Made by a program: the position numbers and the translations under genes. Under the pieces are notes generated by a model. It saw only the letters and a list, made by a program, of their open reading frames with translations. It did no database searches and was not told the origin of the DNA. Of a DNA stretch of 64,000 bases, positions 45,270-60,700 are shown piece after piece (the stretch's first letter is position 1; each line of letters begins with the position of its first letter). Source of the DNA: Eledone cirrhosa (lineage: Eukaryota); the NCBI GenBank assembly GCA_964016885.1, contig OZ024741.1, positions 69,192,001 to 69,256,000 of the forward strand, read 5' to 3'.

Positions 45270-46520
45270 CCTCTCTACTCAGACATACTCTTTCAGATCT
45301 ATCTGGCTTGTCACTCCTTCTCTCTCTCTTTACTCAGACATACTCTTTCAGGTCTATCTGGCTTGTCACTCCTTCTCTCTCTCTTTAATCAGACATACTC
45401 TTTTAGGTCTATCTGGCTTGTCACTCCTTCTCTCTCTATTCAGACATACTCTTTCAGGTCTATCTGGCTTGTCACTCCTTCTCTCTCTACTCAGACATAC
45501 TCTTTCAGATCTATCTGGCTTGTCACTCCTTCTTTCTCTCTCTACTCAGACATACTCTTTCAGGTCTATCTGGCTTGTCACTCCTTCTCTCTCTCTTTAA
45601 TCAGACATACTCTTTTAGGTCTATCTGGCTTGTCACTCCTTCTCTCTCTATTCAGACATACTCTTTCAGGTCTATCTGGCTTGTCACTCCTTCTCTCTCT
45701 ACTCAGACATACTCTTTCAGGTCTATCTGGCTTGTCACTCCTTCTTTCTCTCTCTACTCAGACATACTCTTTCAGGTCTATCTGGCTTGTCACTCCTTCT
45801 CTCTCTCTTTACTCAGACATACTCTTTCAGGTCTATCTGGCTTGTCACTCCTTCTCTCTCTCTTTACTCAGACATACTCTTTCAGGTCTATCTGGCTTGT
45901 CACTCCTTCTCTCTCTCTTTACTCAGACATACTCTTTTAGGTCTATCTGGCTTGTCACTCCTTCTCTCTCTCTTTACTCAGACATACTCTTTCAGATCTA
46001 TTTGGCTTGTCACTCCTTCTCTCTCTCTCTACTCAGACATACTCTTTCAGGTCTATCTGGCTTGTCACTCCTTCTCTCTCTCTTTACTCAGACATACTCT
46101 TTCAGGTCTATCTGGCTTGTCACTCCTTCTCTCTCTCTTTACTCAGACATACTCTTTCAGATCTATTTGGCTTGTCACTCCTTCTCTCTCTCTCTACTCA
46201 GACATACTCTTTCAGGTCTATCTGGCTTGTCACTCCTTCTCTCTCTCTTTACTCAGACATACTCTTTCAGATCTATCTGGCTTGGCACTCCTTCTCACTC
46301 TCTCTACTCAGACATACTCTTTCAGGTCTATTTGGCTTGTCACTCCTTCTCTCTCTCTCTACTCAGACATACTCTTTCAGATCTATCTGGCTTGTCACTC
46401 CTTCTCACTCTCTCTACTCAGACATACTCTTTCAGGTCTATTTGGCTTGTCACTCCTTCTCTCTCTCGCTACTCAGACATACTCTTTCAGATCTATCTGG
46501 CTTGTCACTCCTTCTCTCTT
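45270..46520. repeat. About 51-57-bp minisatellite (ACTCAGACATACTCTTTCAGGTCTATCTGGCTTGTCACTCCTT(CT)n), about 23 copies
   Basis: Visible directly; length variation is in the (CT)n linker. Confidence 0.97.
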
Positions 46521-46711
46521 TTTTCATTGTTGTTTTGTATTTTCACTAGACACAGACTGAGTTGTATGTGCATGTTTGTGTATTATATATATATATATAT
46601 ACACACATACATATGCATATATATATATATATATGAATGTATATGTATGTGTGTATATATGTCTGTGTATATATGTGTGTTTATGTGTGTATACACACAC
46701 ACACACATATA

Positions 46712-46784
<73 letters not shown>

Positions 46785-47692
46785 CGTGTGAGTTTAACAT
46801 AATGTCCGTCATTAGTGAGATAGATAAAAGCATTGAAAACTATGTTATAAATAAAGGTTTGTGGGTTCAATCCTAGCCCAAGGTTATATAGATGTTTGTG
46901 TGTATATGTTTGTGGGTTGTATTTACATGCATGGGTATGAGTATGCATGTATGTATATATGTATATTTGTGTATGAGTGCATGTGTATGTATGAGGATAT
47001 GTGTGTATGTATGTATGTATGTATGTATGCGTGTTTGTGTGTTTAGAAATTCAAGATCTGTAGATGAAAAGAATACACTGAATGAAATGAAATATAAGCT
47101 AGAATCACAAAAGACGAGGTTAATGGTCTAATGAAACCAACGATACCCTCAAAGAATACTTGTCTTTCTATAAAACCAGTCCTAATGACCGACACTGTAT
47201 TATCTTTTTTTATATACATTTTTCTGTTAGTTTTTTTTACTGTTGTATGTCTACTTTGATTTATGTTTACCTACATTGACACATACAACTCACTGGACCT
47301 CCGTTGGTTTAGACGATGAGTGTTCTAGTTGCTTGATCAATGGAACAGCTTACTTTTGACATTACTCTATATACTCGAATATAAGCCAATTTGAATATAA
47401 TCCACCACCCCACTTTATGTCTGAGAAATGGTCAAAAATCCAAACCTTGTTTATAAACTGAGGCAACTAACCAACACATATATATTGACCCTGAATATAA
47501 GATGATTCCTCTTTATAACATTGATATTTGTCACTGGGGTAGATTTAATTGACTTTCCCCTCCCCCAAAATTGTCGGTCTTGTGCCTAAATCAGAAACCA
47601 TTATTATTCTTTTGAACATAGTACATAGCAGTTAAGTACTGAGTTTGATATATTTGAACCTCTTCCACAAAATTACTAAATTAATAAATGTT

Positions 47693-47866
47693 TTTATTTT
47701 TGACACAAGGCCAGCAATTATCCCAGTGCATTAATGGTACTTTATTTTATCGACCCCGTAAGGATGAAAGGCAAAGTTAATCTCAGCAGGATCTGAACTC
47801 TGACCATACCGTAAAGGGCTGTAACCCATGCTACAATGTATGGTGTCCAACCCCCTACCGATACTA
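47693..47866 (-). mobile_element. S1 SINE whose head seeds the adjacent satellite
   Basis: S1 centre at 47735-47800. Confidence 0.85.
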
Positions 47867-49325
47867 GTCACAGTGGTATCCATATATAGTACAATCTACA
47901 AAGTATGGTGTCCAACCCTCTACCTATACTAGTCACAGTGGTATCCACGTATAGTACAATCTACAAAGTATGGTGTCCAACCCTCTACCTATACTAGTCA
48001 CAGTGGTATCCACATATAGTACAATCTACAAAGTATGGTGTCCAACCCTCTACCTATACTAGTCACAGTGGTATCCATATATAGTACAATCTACAAAGTA
48101 TGGTGTCCAACCCTCTACCTATACTAGTCACAGTGGTATCCACGTATAGTACAATCTACAAAGTATGGTGTCCAACCCTCTACCTATACTAGTCACAGTG
48201 GTATCCACATATAGTACAATCTACAAAGTATGGTGTCCAACCCTCTACCTATACTAGTCACAGTGGTATCCACGTATAGTACAATCTACAAAGTATGGTG
48301 TCCAACCCTCTACCTATACTAGTCACAGTGGTATCCACATATAGTACAATCTACAAAGTATGGTGTCCAACCCTCTACCTATACTAGTCACAGTGGTATC
48401 CACATACAGTACAATCTACAAAGTATGGTGTCCAACCCTCTACCTATACTAGTCACAGTGGTATCCACATACAGTACAATCTACAAAGTATGGTGTCCAA
48501 CCCTCTACCTATACTAGTCACAGTGGTATCCACGTATAGTACAATCTACAAAGTATGGTGTCCAACCCTCTACCTATACTAGTCACAGTGGTATCCACAT
48601 ATAGTACAATCTACAAAGTATGGTGTCCAACCCTCTACCTATACTAGTCATAGTGGTATCCACGTATAGTACAATCTACAAAGTATGGTGTCCAACCCTC
48701 TACCTATACTAGTCACAGTGGTATCCACGTATAGTACAATCTACAAAGTATGGTGTCCAACCCTCTACCTATACTAGTCACAGTGGTATCCATATATAGT
48801 ACAATCTACAAAGTATGGTGTCCAACCCTCTACCTATACTAGTCACAGTGGTATCCACGTATAGTACAATCTACAAAGTATGGTGTCCAACCCTCTACCT
48901 ATACTAGTCACAGTGGTATCCACATACAGTACAATCTACAAAGTATGGTGTCCAACCCTCTACCTATACTAGTCACAGTGGTATCCACGTATAGTACAAT
49001 CTACAAAGTATGGTGTCCAACCCTCTACCTATACTAGTCACAGTGGTATCCACATACAGTACAATCTACAAAGTATGGTGCCCAACCCCCTACCGATACT
49101 AGTCACAGTGGTATCCACATACAGTACAATCTACAAAGTATGGTGCCCAACCCCCTACCGATACTAGTCACAGTGGTATCCACATACAGTACAATCTACA
49201 AAGTATGGTGCCCAACCCCCTACCGATACTAGTCACAGTGGTATCCACATACAGTACAATCTACAAAGTATGGTGCCCAACCCCCTACCGATACTAGTCA
49301 CAGTGGTATCCACATATAGTACAAT
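47831..49325. repeat. 65-bp tandem array, about 23 copies
   Basis: AAGTATGGTG recurs at 47901, 47966, 48031 and so on; no unique spacers. Confidence 0.98.
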
Positions 49326-49527
49326 AAACATTATAGAAGTGGGTGTTACAATACAAGTGGAGCTGGAGAAAGTTACATAAAAATAAACATGAAATATAAT
49401 TTTATTTATAAAACAATAATCAACACAAGATATATAGAACTTGAAAAATATTTTTGGTCATCCACCCACACAGAGGTGAGAACCCACTAGTTGAACCAGA
49501 ACATTTCTGTTCTCACATCAAGCATTA

Positions 49528-50318
49528 TATCATTATCATCATCATTTTACGTCTGCTTTTCCCTGGGTGGGACGGGTCCTATTCAGCACAGCATCTCTCC
49601 ACTTGCACGGTCCTTCGTCATCTCCTCAGTGAGCTTCAGGGATCTGAGGTCTGCTCTCACGACCTCTGCCCATGTTTTTCGTGGTCTTCCTCTACTGCAT
49701 CTTCCTTCTACTGGGATTTCTTGGCACTTCTTTACCCATCGGTCATCCTCCATGCGCATCACATGTCCATACCATCTCAGTCTTACTCCTCCACACTACA
49801 ACTTATCCATCTTATACACAGTTTCTCTCTCAACTCATCTATGCTTGGTCATTCATGCACATTGACATTGCACATCCAACGGAGCATGCTTGATTCATTT
49901 CTATCCAGCCGTCACATATCCTCTGCAGTTGCTGCCCATGCTTCACTACCATGCAGCATCGCACATCTCACACAGGCATCATATAATCGTCCTTTTGTAT
50001 GCAGGGAGAAACCCTTCTTTGTCAACAGAGGAAGCAGCTCCCTAAACTTCTTCCAACCCGTCCTTATTCTAGATACTATGGCCTCGGAACATCACCCTCT
50101 CCCATGCTAATCTGATCACCTAGGTACCGGAAGCTATCAACCACTTCTTTAAAACCCACCTGCATTTGAAAAATGTGTCTATCACTGCGACTTCTACTAT
50201 CAAATTTCCCTGTACATCTACTGCATACATAGTTTTCCCTACCTGTTAGTTTGCCTTCTATCCCACTACATCTCTTGTGTACCCAAGATCTGCATTGTGT
50301 ACATTTTATAGAATTTCT
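49528..50318 (-). mobile_element. Older RTE LINE 3' fragment
   Basis: Minus-strand frame contains GWKKFRELLPLLTKKGFSL, MLHGSEAW, DELREKL and LRWYGHVMRM; (CAT)n tail; 5' end abuts a plus-strand S1 SINE (about 50320-50450). Confidence 0.9.
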
Positions 50319-50532
50319 GCTCAGTTCAACTTTGCCTTTAATTTTTCCGGGGTCAATAAAATAAAGTATCAGTAATGCTCTGGGGTTGATTTAATCGACT
50401 TTCCCCTCCCCTTCAAATTGCTGGCCTTGTGCCTAAAGTAGAGACAATCATCATCATCATTTGGGTGGTAGAGTGGCAGAACTATTATTATCATTAACAT
50501 CATATTTATAACTAATCTAATGTAATTATACC

Positions 50533-53500
50533 TACCACCACCACCACCACCACCACCATCATCGCCGCCAAAACCACCACCACCATCGCCGCCGCCACCA
50601 CCACCATCACCGCCACCATCATCATCACCGCCGCCACCACCTCCATCATCACCACCACCACCACCACCAACATCATCACCACCACTACCAACATCATCAC
50701 CACCACTACCAACATCACCACCAGCACCACTACCAACATCACCACCACCACCACCACTACCAACATCACCACCACCACCACCACTACCAACGTCACAACC
50801 ACCACCACTACCAACATCATCACCACCACCACCACTACCAACATCATCACAACCACCACCACCACTACCAACATCATCACAACCACCACCACTACCAACA
50901 TCACAACCACTACCACTACCAACATCATCACAACCACCACCACTACCAACATCACAACCACCACCACTACCAACATCACAACCACCACCACTACCAACAT
51001 CACCACAACCACCACCACTACCAACATCACCACAACCACCACCACTACCAACATCACAACCACCACCACCACCAACATCATCACAAGCACCACCACTACC
51101 AACATCACCACCACCACCACCACCACCACCACTACCAACATCACCACAACCACCACTACCAGCATCATCACAACCACCACTACCAACATCACAACCACCA
51201 CCACTACCAACATCACAACCACCACCACTACCATCACAACCACCACCACCACTACCAACATCACAACCACCACCACCACTACCAACATCACCACCACCAC
51301 CACCACTACCAACATCACCACCACCACTACCAACATCACCACCACCACCACCACTACCAACATCACAACCACCACCACCACTACCAACATCACAACCACC
51401 ACCACTACCAACATCACAACCACCACCACTACCATCACAACCACCACCACCACTACCAACATCACAACCACCACCACCACTACCAACATCACCACCACCA
51501 CCACCACTACCAACATCACCACCACCACTACCAACATCACCACAACCACCACCACTACCAACATCACAACCACCACCACCACTACCAACATCACAACCAC
51601 CACCACCACTACCAACATCACCACCACCACTACCAACATCACCACCACCACCAACATCACCACAACCACCACCACTACCAACATCACAACCACCACCACT
51701 ACCAACAACATCACCACCGCCACCACCACCAACATCACCACCACCACCACTACCAACATCATCAGCACCACTACCAACATCACAACCACCACCACTACCA
51801 ACATCATCACAACCACCACTACTACCATCATCATCACCACCACCACCACCACTACCAACATCACCACCACCACCACCACCACCACTACCAACATCACAAC
51901 CACCACCACTACCAACATCACAACCACCACCACTACCAACATCACCACCACCACCACTACCATCACAACCACCACCACCACTACCAACATCACCACCACC
52001 AGCACTACCAGCATCACCACCACCACTACCAACATCACCACCACCACCACTACCAACATCATCACCACCAGCACCACTACCAACATCACCACCACCACTA
52101 CCAACATCACCACCAGCACCACTACCAACATCACCACCACCACTACCAACATCACAACCACCACCACCACTACCAACATCACCACCACCACTACCAACAT
52201 CATCACCACCACCACCACTACCAACATCACCACCACCACTACCAAAATCACCACCACCACTACCAACATCACCACCACCACCACTACCAACATCACCACC
52301 ACCACCAACATCACCACCACCACTACCAACATCATCACCACCACCACTACCAACATCACAACCACCACCACTACCAACATCACAACCACCACCACCACTA
52401 CCAACATCACAACCACCACCACCACTACCAACATCACAACCACCACCACCACCAACATCATCACAACCACCACCACTACCAACATCACAACCATCACCAC
52501 TACCAACAGCACAACCACCACCACCACTACCAACATCACAACCACCACCACTACCAACATCACCACAACCACCACCACTACCAACATCACCACCACCACC
52601 ACTACCAACATCACCACCACCACTACCAACATCATCACCACCAGCACCACTACCAACATCACAACCATCACCACAACCACCACCACTACCAACATCACCA
52701 CCACCACTACCAACATCATCACCACCAGCACCACTACCAACATCACAACCACCACCACCACCAACATCACCACAACCACCACCACTACCAACATCACCAC
52801 CACCACCACTACCAACATCACCACCACCACTACCAACATCATCACCACCACCACCACTACCAACATCACCACCACCACTACCAAAATCACCACCACCACT
52901 ACCAACATCACCACCACCACCACTACCAACATCACCACCACCACTACCAACATCATCACCACCACCACTACCAACATCACAACCACCACCACTACCAACA
53001 TCACAACCACCACCACTACCAACATCACAACCACCACCACTACCAACATCACAACCACCACCACCACTACCAACATCACAACCACCACCACCACCAACAT
53101 CATCACAACCACCACCACTACCAACATCACAACCACCACCACTACCAACATCACAACCACCACCACCACTACCAACATCACAACCACCACCACTACCAAC
53201 ATCACCACAACCACCACCACTACCAACATCACCACCACCACTACCAACATCACCACCACCACTACCAACATCATCACCACCAGCATCACAACCACCACCA
53301 CCACCAACATCACCACAACCACCACCACTACCAACATCACCACCACCACCACCACTACCAACATCACCACCACCACCACTACCAACATCACCACCACCAC
53401 TACCAACATCATCACCACCACCACCACTACCAACATCACCACCACCACTACCAAAATCACCACCACCACTACCAACATCACCACCACCACCACTACCAAC

Positions 53501-55878
53501 ATCACCACCACCACTACCAACATCATCACCACCACCACTACCAACATCACAACCACCACCACTACCAACATCACAACCACCACCACCACTACCAACATCA
53601 CAACCACCACCACTACCAACATCACAACCACCACCACTACCAACATCACAACCACCACCACTACCAACATCACAACCACCACCACCACTAACAACATCAC
53701 AACCACCACCACCACCAACATCACCACAACCACCACCACTACCAACATCACAACCACCACCACTACCAACATCACCACCACCACTACCAACATCACCACC
53801 ACCACTACCAACATCATCACCACCAGCACCACTACCAACATCACAACCACCACCACTACCAACATCACCACAACCACCACCACTACCAACATCACCACCA
53901 CCAGCACCACTACCAACATCACAACCACCACCACCACCAACATCACCACAACCACCACCACTACCAACATCACCACCACCACCAACATCACCACCACCAC
54001 TACCAACATCATCACCACCAGCACCACTACCAACATCACAACCATCACCACAACCACCACCACTACCAACATCATCACCACCACTACCAACATCATCACC
54101 TCCACTACCAACATCATCACCACCAGCATCACTACCAACATCACAACCACCACCAACATCACCACAACCACCACCACTACCAACATCACAACCACCACCA
54201 CCACTACCAACATCACCACAACCACCACCACTACCAACATCACCACAACCACCACCACTACCAACATCACAACCACCACCACTACCAACAACATCACCAC
54301 CGCCACCACCACCAACATCACCACCACTACCAACATCATCACCACCAGCACCACTACCAACATCACAACCACCACCACTACCAACATCATCACAACCACC
54401 ACTACTACCATCATCACCACCAGCACCACTACCAACATCACCACCACCACCACTACCAACATCACCACCACCACCACTACCAACATCACAACCACCACCA
54501 CTACCAACATCACAACCACCACCACTACCAACATCACCACCACTACCATCACAACCACCACCACCACTACCATCACAACCACCACCACCACTACCAACAT
54601 CACCACCACCACCACTACCAACATCACCACCACCACTACCAACATCACCACCACCACTACCAACATCACCACCACCACCACTACCAACATCACCACCACC
54701 ACCACTACCAACATCACCACCACCACCACTACCAACATCATCACCAGCACCACTACCAACATCACCACCACCACCACTACCAACATCATCACCACCACCA
54801 CCACTACCAACATCACCACCACCACTACCAACATCATCACCACCAGCACCACTACCAACATCACCACCACCACCACTACCATCACAACCACCACCACCAC
54901 TACCAACATCACCACCACCACCACTACCAACATCACCACCACCACTACCAACATCACCACCACCACCACTACCAACATCACCACCACCACTACCAACATC
55001 ATCACCACCAGCACCACTACCAACATCACCACCACCACCACTACCAACATCATCACCACCACTACCAACATCATCACCACCACCACTACCAACATCACCA
55101 CCACCACTACCAACATCATCACCACCACCACCGCCACTACCAACATCACAACCACCACCACTACCAACATCATCACCACCACCACCACCACCACCACTAC
55201 CAACATCACAACCACCACCACTACCAACATCACCACCACCACCACCACTACCACCACCACTACCAACATCATCACCACCACCACCACTACCAACATCACC
55301 ACCACCACTACCAACATCATCACCACCAGCACCACTACCAACATCACCACCACCACTACCAACATCACAACCACCACCAGCACTACCAACATCACCACCA
55401 CCACCAGCACTACCAACATCACCACCACCACCACTACTACCAACATCATCACAACCACCACCACTACCACCACCACCACCACTACCAACAACATCACCAC
55501 CACCACCACTACCAACATCACCACCACCACCACTACTACCACCACCACCACTACCAACATCACCACCACCACCACCACTACCAACATCACCACCACCACC
55601 ACTACCAACATCACCACCACCACCACTACCAACATCACCACCACCACCACTACTACCACCACCACCACTACCAACATCACCACCACCACCACCACTACCA
55701 ACATCACCACCACCACCACTACCAACATCACCACCACCACCACCACCACTACCAACATCACCACCACCACCACTACTACCAACATCATCACAACCACCAG
55801 CACCACCAACATCATCACCATCACCATCACAACCACCACCACCACCAACATCATCACCACCACCACCCACCACCAACA
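50533..55878. repeat. Complex CAC-derived minisatellite (core CCACCACCACTACCAACATCA[CAA]), about 5.3 kb
   Basis: Visible directly; triplet-phase indels keep several frames open. Confidence 0.97.
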
Positions 55879-56296
55879 CGCCCATTAGCAATAATTTTCA
55901 TTATCATCTTCTATAGTCATCATCATCATCGTCAGGACCTCCATCAACATTGTCATTGGCAACTACATTCTTTTCAAGAACCACTCTCACTATTTATATT
56001 CATTAGCAGCATATTCCATCCTCTCCTCATTCTCCTCCTTCCTCCTCCTATACCACCACCACCACCACCCCCCCCCCCCCTATTTCACCACCACCATCCT
56101 CCTTCACCTCCCTCCTCACCATCCTGCCCCCCTCCTCCACCATCACCATCACTCCCTCTCCTCCCAACATGAACAACACTATTACTCTCCCTCCATATTA
56201 GCCAACACTCTATCATCATTATAATTACCAGTAGAGCCCTCATCATCTTAAATCACCACTCAACCATCCACATTCTAATTAGCAACAACCACACCA

Positions 56297-56965
56297 AGGT
56301 GGTGGTGGTGGTGGTTGTGTTGGTGGTGGTTGTTTTGGTGGTGGTGGTAGTGGTGGTGGTAGTAGTGGTGGTGGTGGTTGTGTTGGTAGTGATTGTGTTG
56401 GTGGCAGTTGTGTTGGTGGTTGTGTTGGTGGTGGTGGTAGTGATTGTGTTGGTGGCAGTTGTGATGGTGGTGGTGGTAGTGATTGTGTTGGCAGTTGTGT
56501 TGGTGGTAGTGATTGTGTTGGTGGCAGTTGTGTTGGTGGTGGTAGTGATTGTGTTGGTGGCAGTTGTGTTGGTGGTTGTGGTGGTGGTAGTGGTGGTAGT
56601 GGTAGTGATTGTGTTGGGGGCAGTTGTGTTGGTGGTGGTTGTGGTGGTGGTGGTAGTGATTGTGTTGGTGGTAGTTGTGGTAGTGGTAGTGGTGGTGGTG
56701 GTAGTGATTGTGTTGGTGGCAGTTGTGTTGGTGGTTGTGTTGTTGTTGTTGGTGGTGGTGGTGGGAGTGATTGTGTTGGTGGCAGTTGTGTTGGTGGTTG
56801 TGGTGGTGGTAGTGGTGGTAGTGATTGTGTTGGTGGCAGTTGTTTGTGGTTGTGGTGGTTGTGTTGGTGGCAGTTGTGTTGGTGGTGGTTGTGTTGGTGG
56901 TTGTGTTGGTGGTGGTTGTGTTGGCGGTGGTAGTGGTAGTGGTGATGGTGGTGGCCGTGGTGATT
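56297..56965. repeat. GGT/TGT-rich minisatellite (GTAGTGATTGTGTTGGTGGCAGTTGTGTTGGTG)
   Basis: Visible directly; strand polarity is opposite to its neighbours. Confidence 0.95.
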
Positions 56966-57116
56966 GTCAGCGTCATCACCACCACCATGAATATTGTAAT
57001 TAGCAACAACCACACTAACAGTTTTACTTTAATCAAATGATGATGTTGTTGTTGTTATGGTGGTGGTTGTGTTGGTGGTGGTTGTGGTTATTGTCAGTGT
57101 CATCATCATTACCTCC

Positions 57117-57548
57117 GTTACCACCACCAACACCACTACTACCACAATCATCACCACAACCACCACCACCATCACCACTACTACCACAACCACAACCACC
57201 ACCACTACAACCACCACCACTACAACCACCACCACCACCACCACTACTACAACCACCACCACCACTACTACCAGAACCACCACCACTACAACCACCATCA
57301 CCACTACTACCACAACCACCACCACCACCACTACTACCAGAACCACCACCACCACCACCACCACTACAACCACCATCACCACTACTACCACAACCACCAC
57401 CACCACTACTACTACAACCATCACCACCACTACAACCACCACCACCACTACTACCACAACCACCACCACTACAACCACCACCACTACTACCACAACCACC
57501 ACCACCACCACTACTACCACAGCCACCACCACCACCACTACTACCATA
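57117..57548. repeat. (ACC/ACT/ACA)n tract
   Basis: Visible directly. Confidence 0.95.
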
Positions 57549-57729
57549 AAAACCAAATTAGTAATAAAACCACCACCACTACAACATTAGCTCTTATCTT
57601 CATTATTGTTTTAATTATCATGAGCAGCATCATTGCGACCATACTCGTTAGCTACACCACTACCTCCACAACCACCACCACTACCACAACTACCACGACC
57701 ATCAATACCACTAACATCACGAACACAAT

Positions 57730-60700
57730 TACCACTACCATACCATTCTCAACCCCACCACTAACACCATCACCAATACCATACCATTCTCTACCTCACC
57801 ACTAACACCACCACTACCACACCATTCTCAACCCACCACTAACACCACCATCACTACTAACACCACCACCACTACCATACCATTCTCAACCCCACTACTA
57901 ACACCACCACCACTACTACCATACCATTCTCAACCCCACCACTAGCACTACTACTAACACCACCACAACTACCATACCATTCTCAACCCCACCACTAACA
58001 CTACCACCACCACCACAACTACCATACCATTCTCAACCCCACCACTAGCACTACTACTAACACCACCACAACTACCATACCATTCTCAACCCCACCACTA
58101 ACACTACCACCACCACCACAACTATCATACCATTCTCAACCCCACTACTAACACTACCACCACCACAACTACCATACCATTCTCAACCCCACCACTAACA
58201 CTACCACCACCACAACTACCATACCATTCTCAACCCCACCACTAACACTACCACCACCACCACAACTAACATACCATTCTCAACCCCACCACTAACACTA
58301 CTACCACCACCACAACTACCATACCATTCTCAACCCCACCACTAACACTACCACCACCACCACAACTACCACGCCATTCTCAACCCCACCACTAACACTA
58401 CCACCACCACCACAACTACCATACCATTCTCAACCCCACCACTAGCACTACTACCACAACTACCATACCATTCTCAACCCCACCACTAACACTACCACCA
58501 CAACTACCATACCATTCTCAACCCCACCACTAACACAACTACAACACCATTCTCAACCCCACCACTAGCACTACCACCACCACCACAACTACCATACCAT
58601 TCTCAACCCCACCACTAGCACTACTACCACCACCACAACTACCATACCATTCTCAACCCCACTACTAACACTACCACCACCACCACAACTACCACCACCA
58701 CCAGAACTACCATACCATTCTCAACCCCACCACCACAACTACCATGCCATTCTCAACCCCACCACTAACACTACCACCACCACCACAACTACCATTCTCA
58801 ACCCCACTACTAACACTACCACCACCACCACAACTATCATACCATTCTCAACCCCACTGCTAACACTACCACCACCACCATAACTACCATACCATTCTCA
58901 ACCCCACCACTAACACTATCACCACCACCACAACTACCATACCATTCTCAACACCACCACTAACACTACCACCACAACTACCATACCATTCTCAACCCCA
59001 CTACTAACACCACCACTACCATACCATTCTCAACCCCACCACTAGTACTACTACCACCACCACAACTACCATACCATTCTCAACCCCACCACTAACACTA
59101 CCACCACCACCACAACTACCATACCATTCTCAACCCCCACCACTAACACTACCACCACCACCACCACAACTACCATACCATTCTCAACCCACTACTAACA
59201 CCACCACCACTACCAACCCCACCACTAACACTACCACCACCACCACAACTACCATACCATTCTCAACCCCACCACTAACACTACCACCACCACCACAACT
59301 ACCATACCATTCTCAACCCCACCACTAACACTACCACCACCACCACAACTACCATACCATTCTCAACCCCACCACTAGCACTACCACCACCAGCACAACT
59401 ACCATACCATTCTCAACCCCACCACTAGCACTACCACCACCACCACAACTACCATACCATTCTCAACCCCACCACTAGCACTACCACCACCACCACAACT
59501 ACCATACCATTCTCAACCCCACCACTAGCACTACCACCACCACCACAACTACCATACCATTCTCAACCCCACCACTAGCACTACCGCCACCACCACAACT
59601 ACAACTACCATACCATTCTCAACCCCACCACTAGCACTACCACCACCACCACAACTACCATACCATTCTCAACCCCACCACTAGCACTACCACCACCACC
59701 ACAACTACCATACCATTCTCAACCCCACCACTAGCACTACCACCACCACCACAACTACAACTACCATACCATTCTCAACCCCACCACTAGCACTACCACC
59801 ACCACCACAACTACCATACCATTCTCAACCCCACCACTAACACTACCACCACCACCACAACTACCATACTATTCTCAACCTCACCACTAACACTACCACC
59901 ACCACCACAACTACCATACCATTCTCAACCCCACCACTACCACCACCACCACAACTACCATACCATTCTCAACCCCACCACTAACACCACCACCACAACT
60001 ACCATACCATTCTCAACCCCACCACTAACACCACCACCACAACTACCATACCATTCTCAACCCCACCACTAACACCACCACCACAACTACCATACCATTC
60101 TCAACCCCACCACTAACACCACCACCACAACTACCATGCCATTCTCAACCCCACTACTAACACTACCACCACCACCACCACAACTACCATACCATTCTCA
60201 ACCCCACCACTAGCACTACCACCACCACAACTACCATACCATTCTCAACCTCACCACTAACACTACCACCACCCCCACAACTACCATACCATTCTCAACC
60301 CCACTACTAGCACTACTACCACCACCACAACTACCATACCATTCTCAACCCCACCACTAGCACTACTACCACCACCACAACTAGCATACCATTCTCAACC
60401 CCACCACTAGCACTACTACCACCACCACAACTACCATACCATTCTCAACCTCACCACTAACACTACCACCACCCCCACAACTACCATACCATTCTCAACC
60501 CCACTACTAGCACTACTACCACCACCACAACTACCATACCATTCTCAACCCCACCACTAGCACTACCACCACCACAACTACCATACCATTCTCAACCTCA
60601 CCACTAACACTACCACCACCCCCACAACTACCATACCATTCTCAACCCCACTACTAGCACTACCACAACTACCATACCATTCTCAACCCCACCACTAGCA

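Noticed and set aside
45171-46802. 543-aa ORF and CRISPR-like periodicity
   Set aside because: About 55-bp minisatellite plus (TA)n; the ORF cycles through frames of the same unit; no spacers.
47831-49325. CRISPR-like regular array
   Set aside because: Contiguous 65-bp units with no unique spacers, no cas genes, eukaryotic context, and the unit derives from a SINE.
50369-55891. 1840-aa Gly-rich (GGGDVGS) ORF, and a plus-strand mucin-like TTTTNIT reading
   Set aside because: CAC-based minisatellite with fixed codons and many open frames; openness follows from composition. Only transcript or peptide evidence could rescue it.
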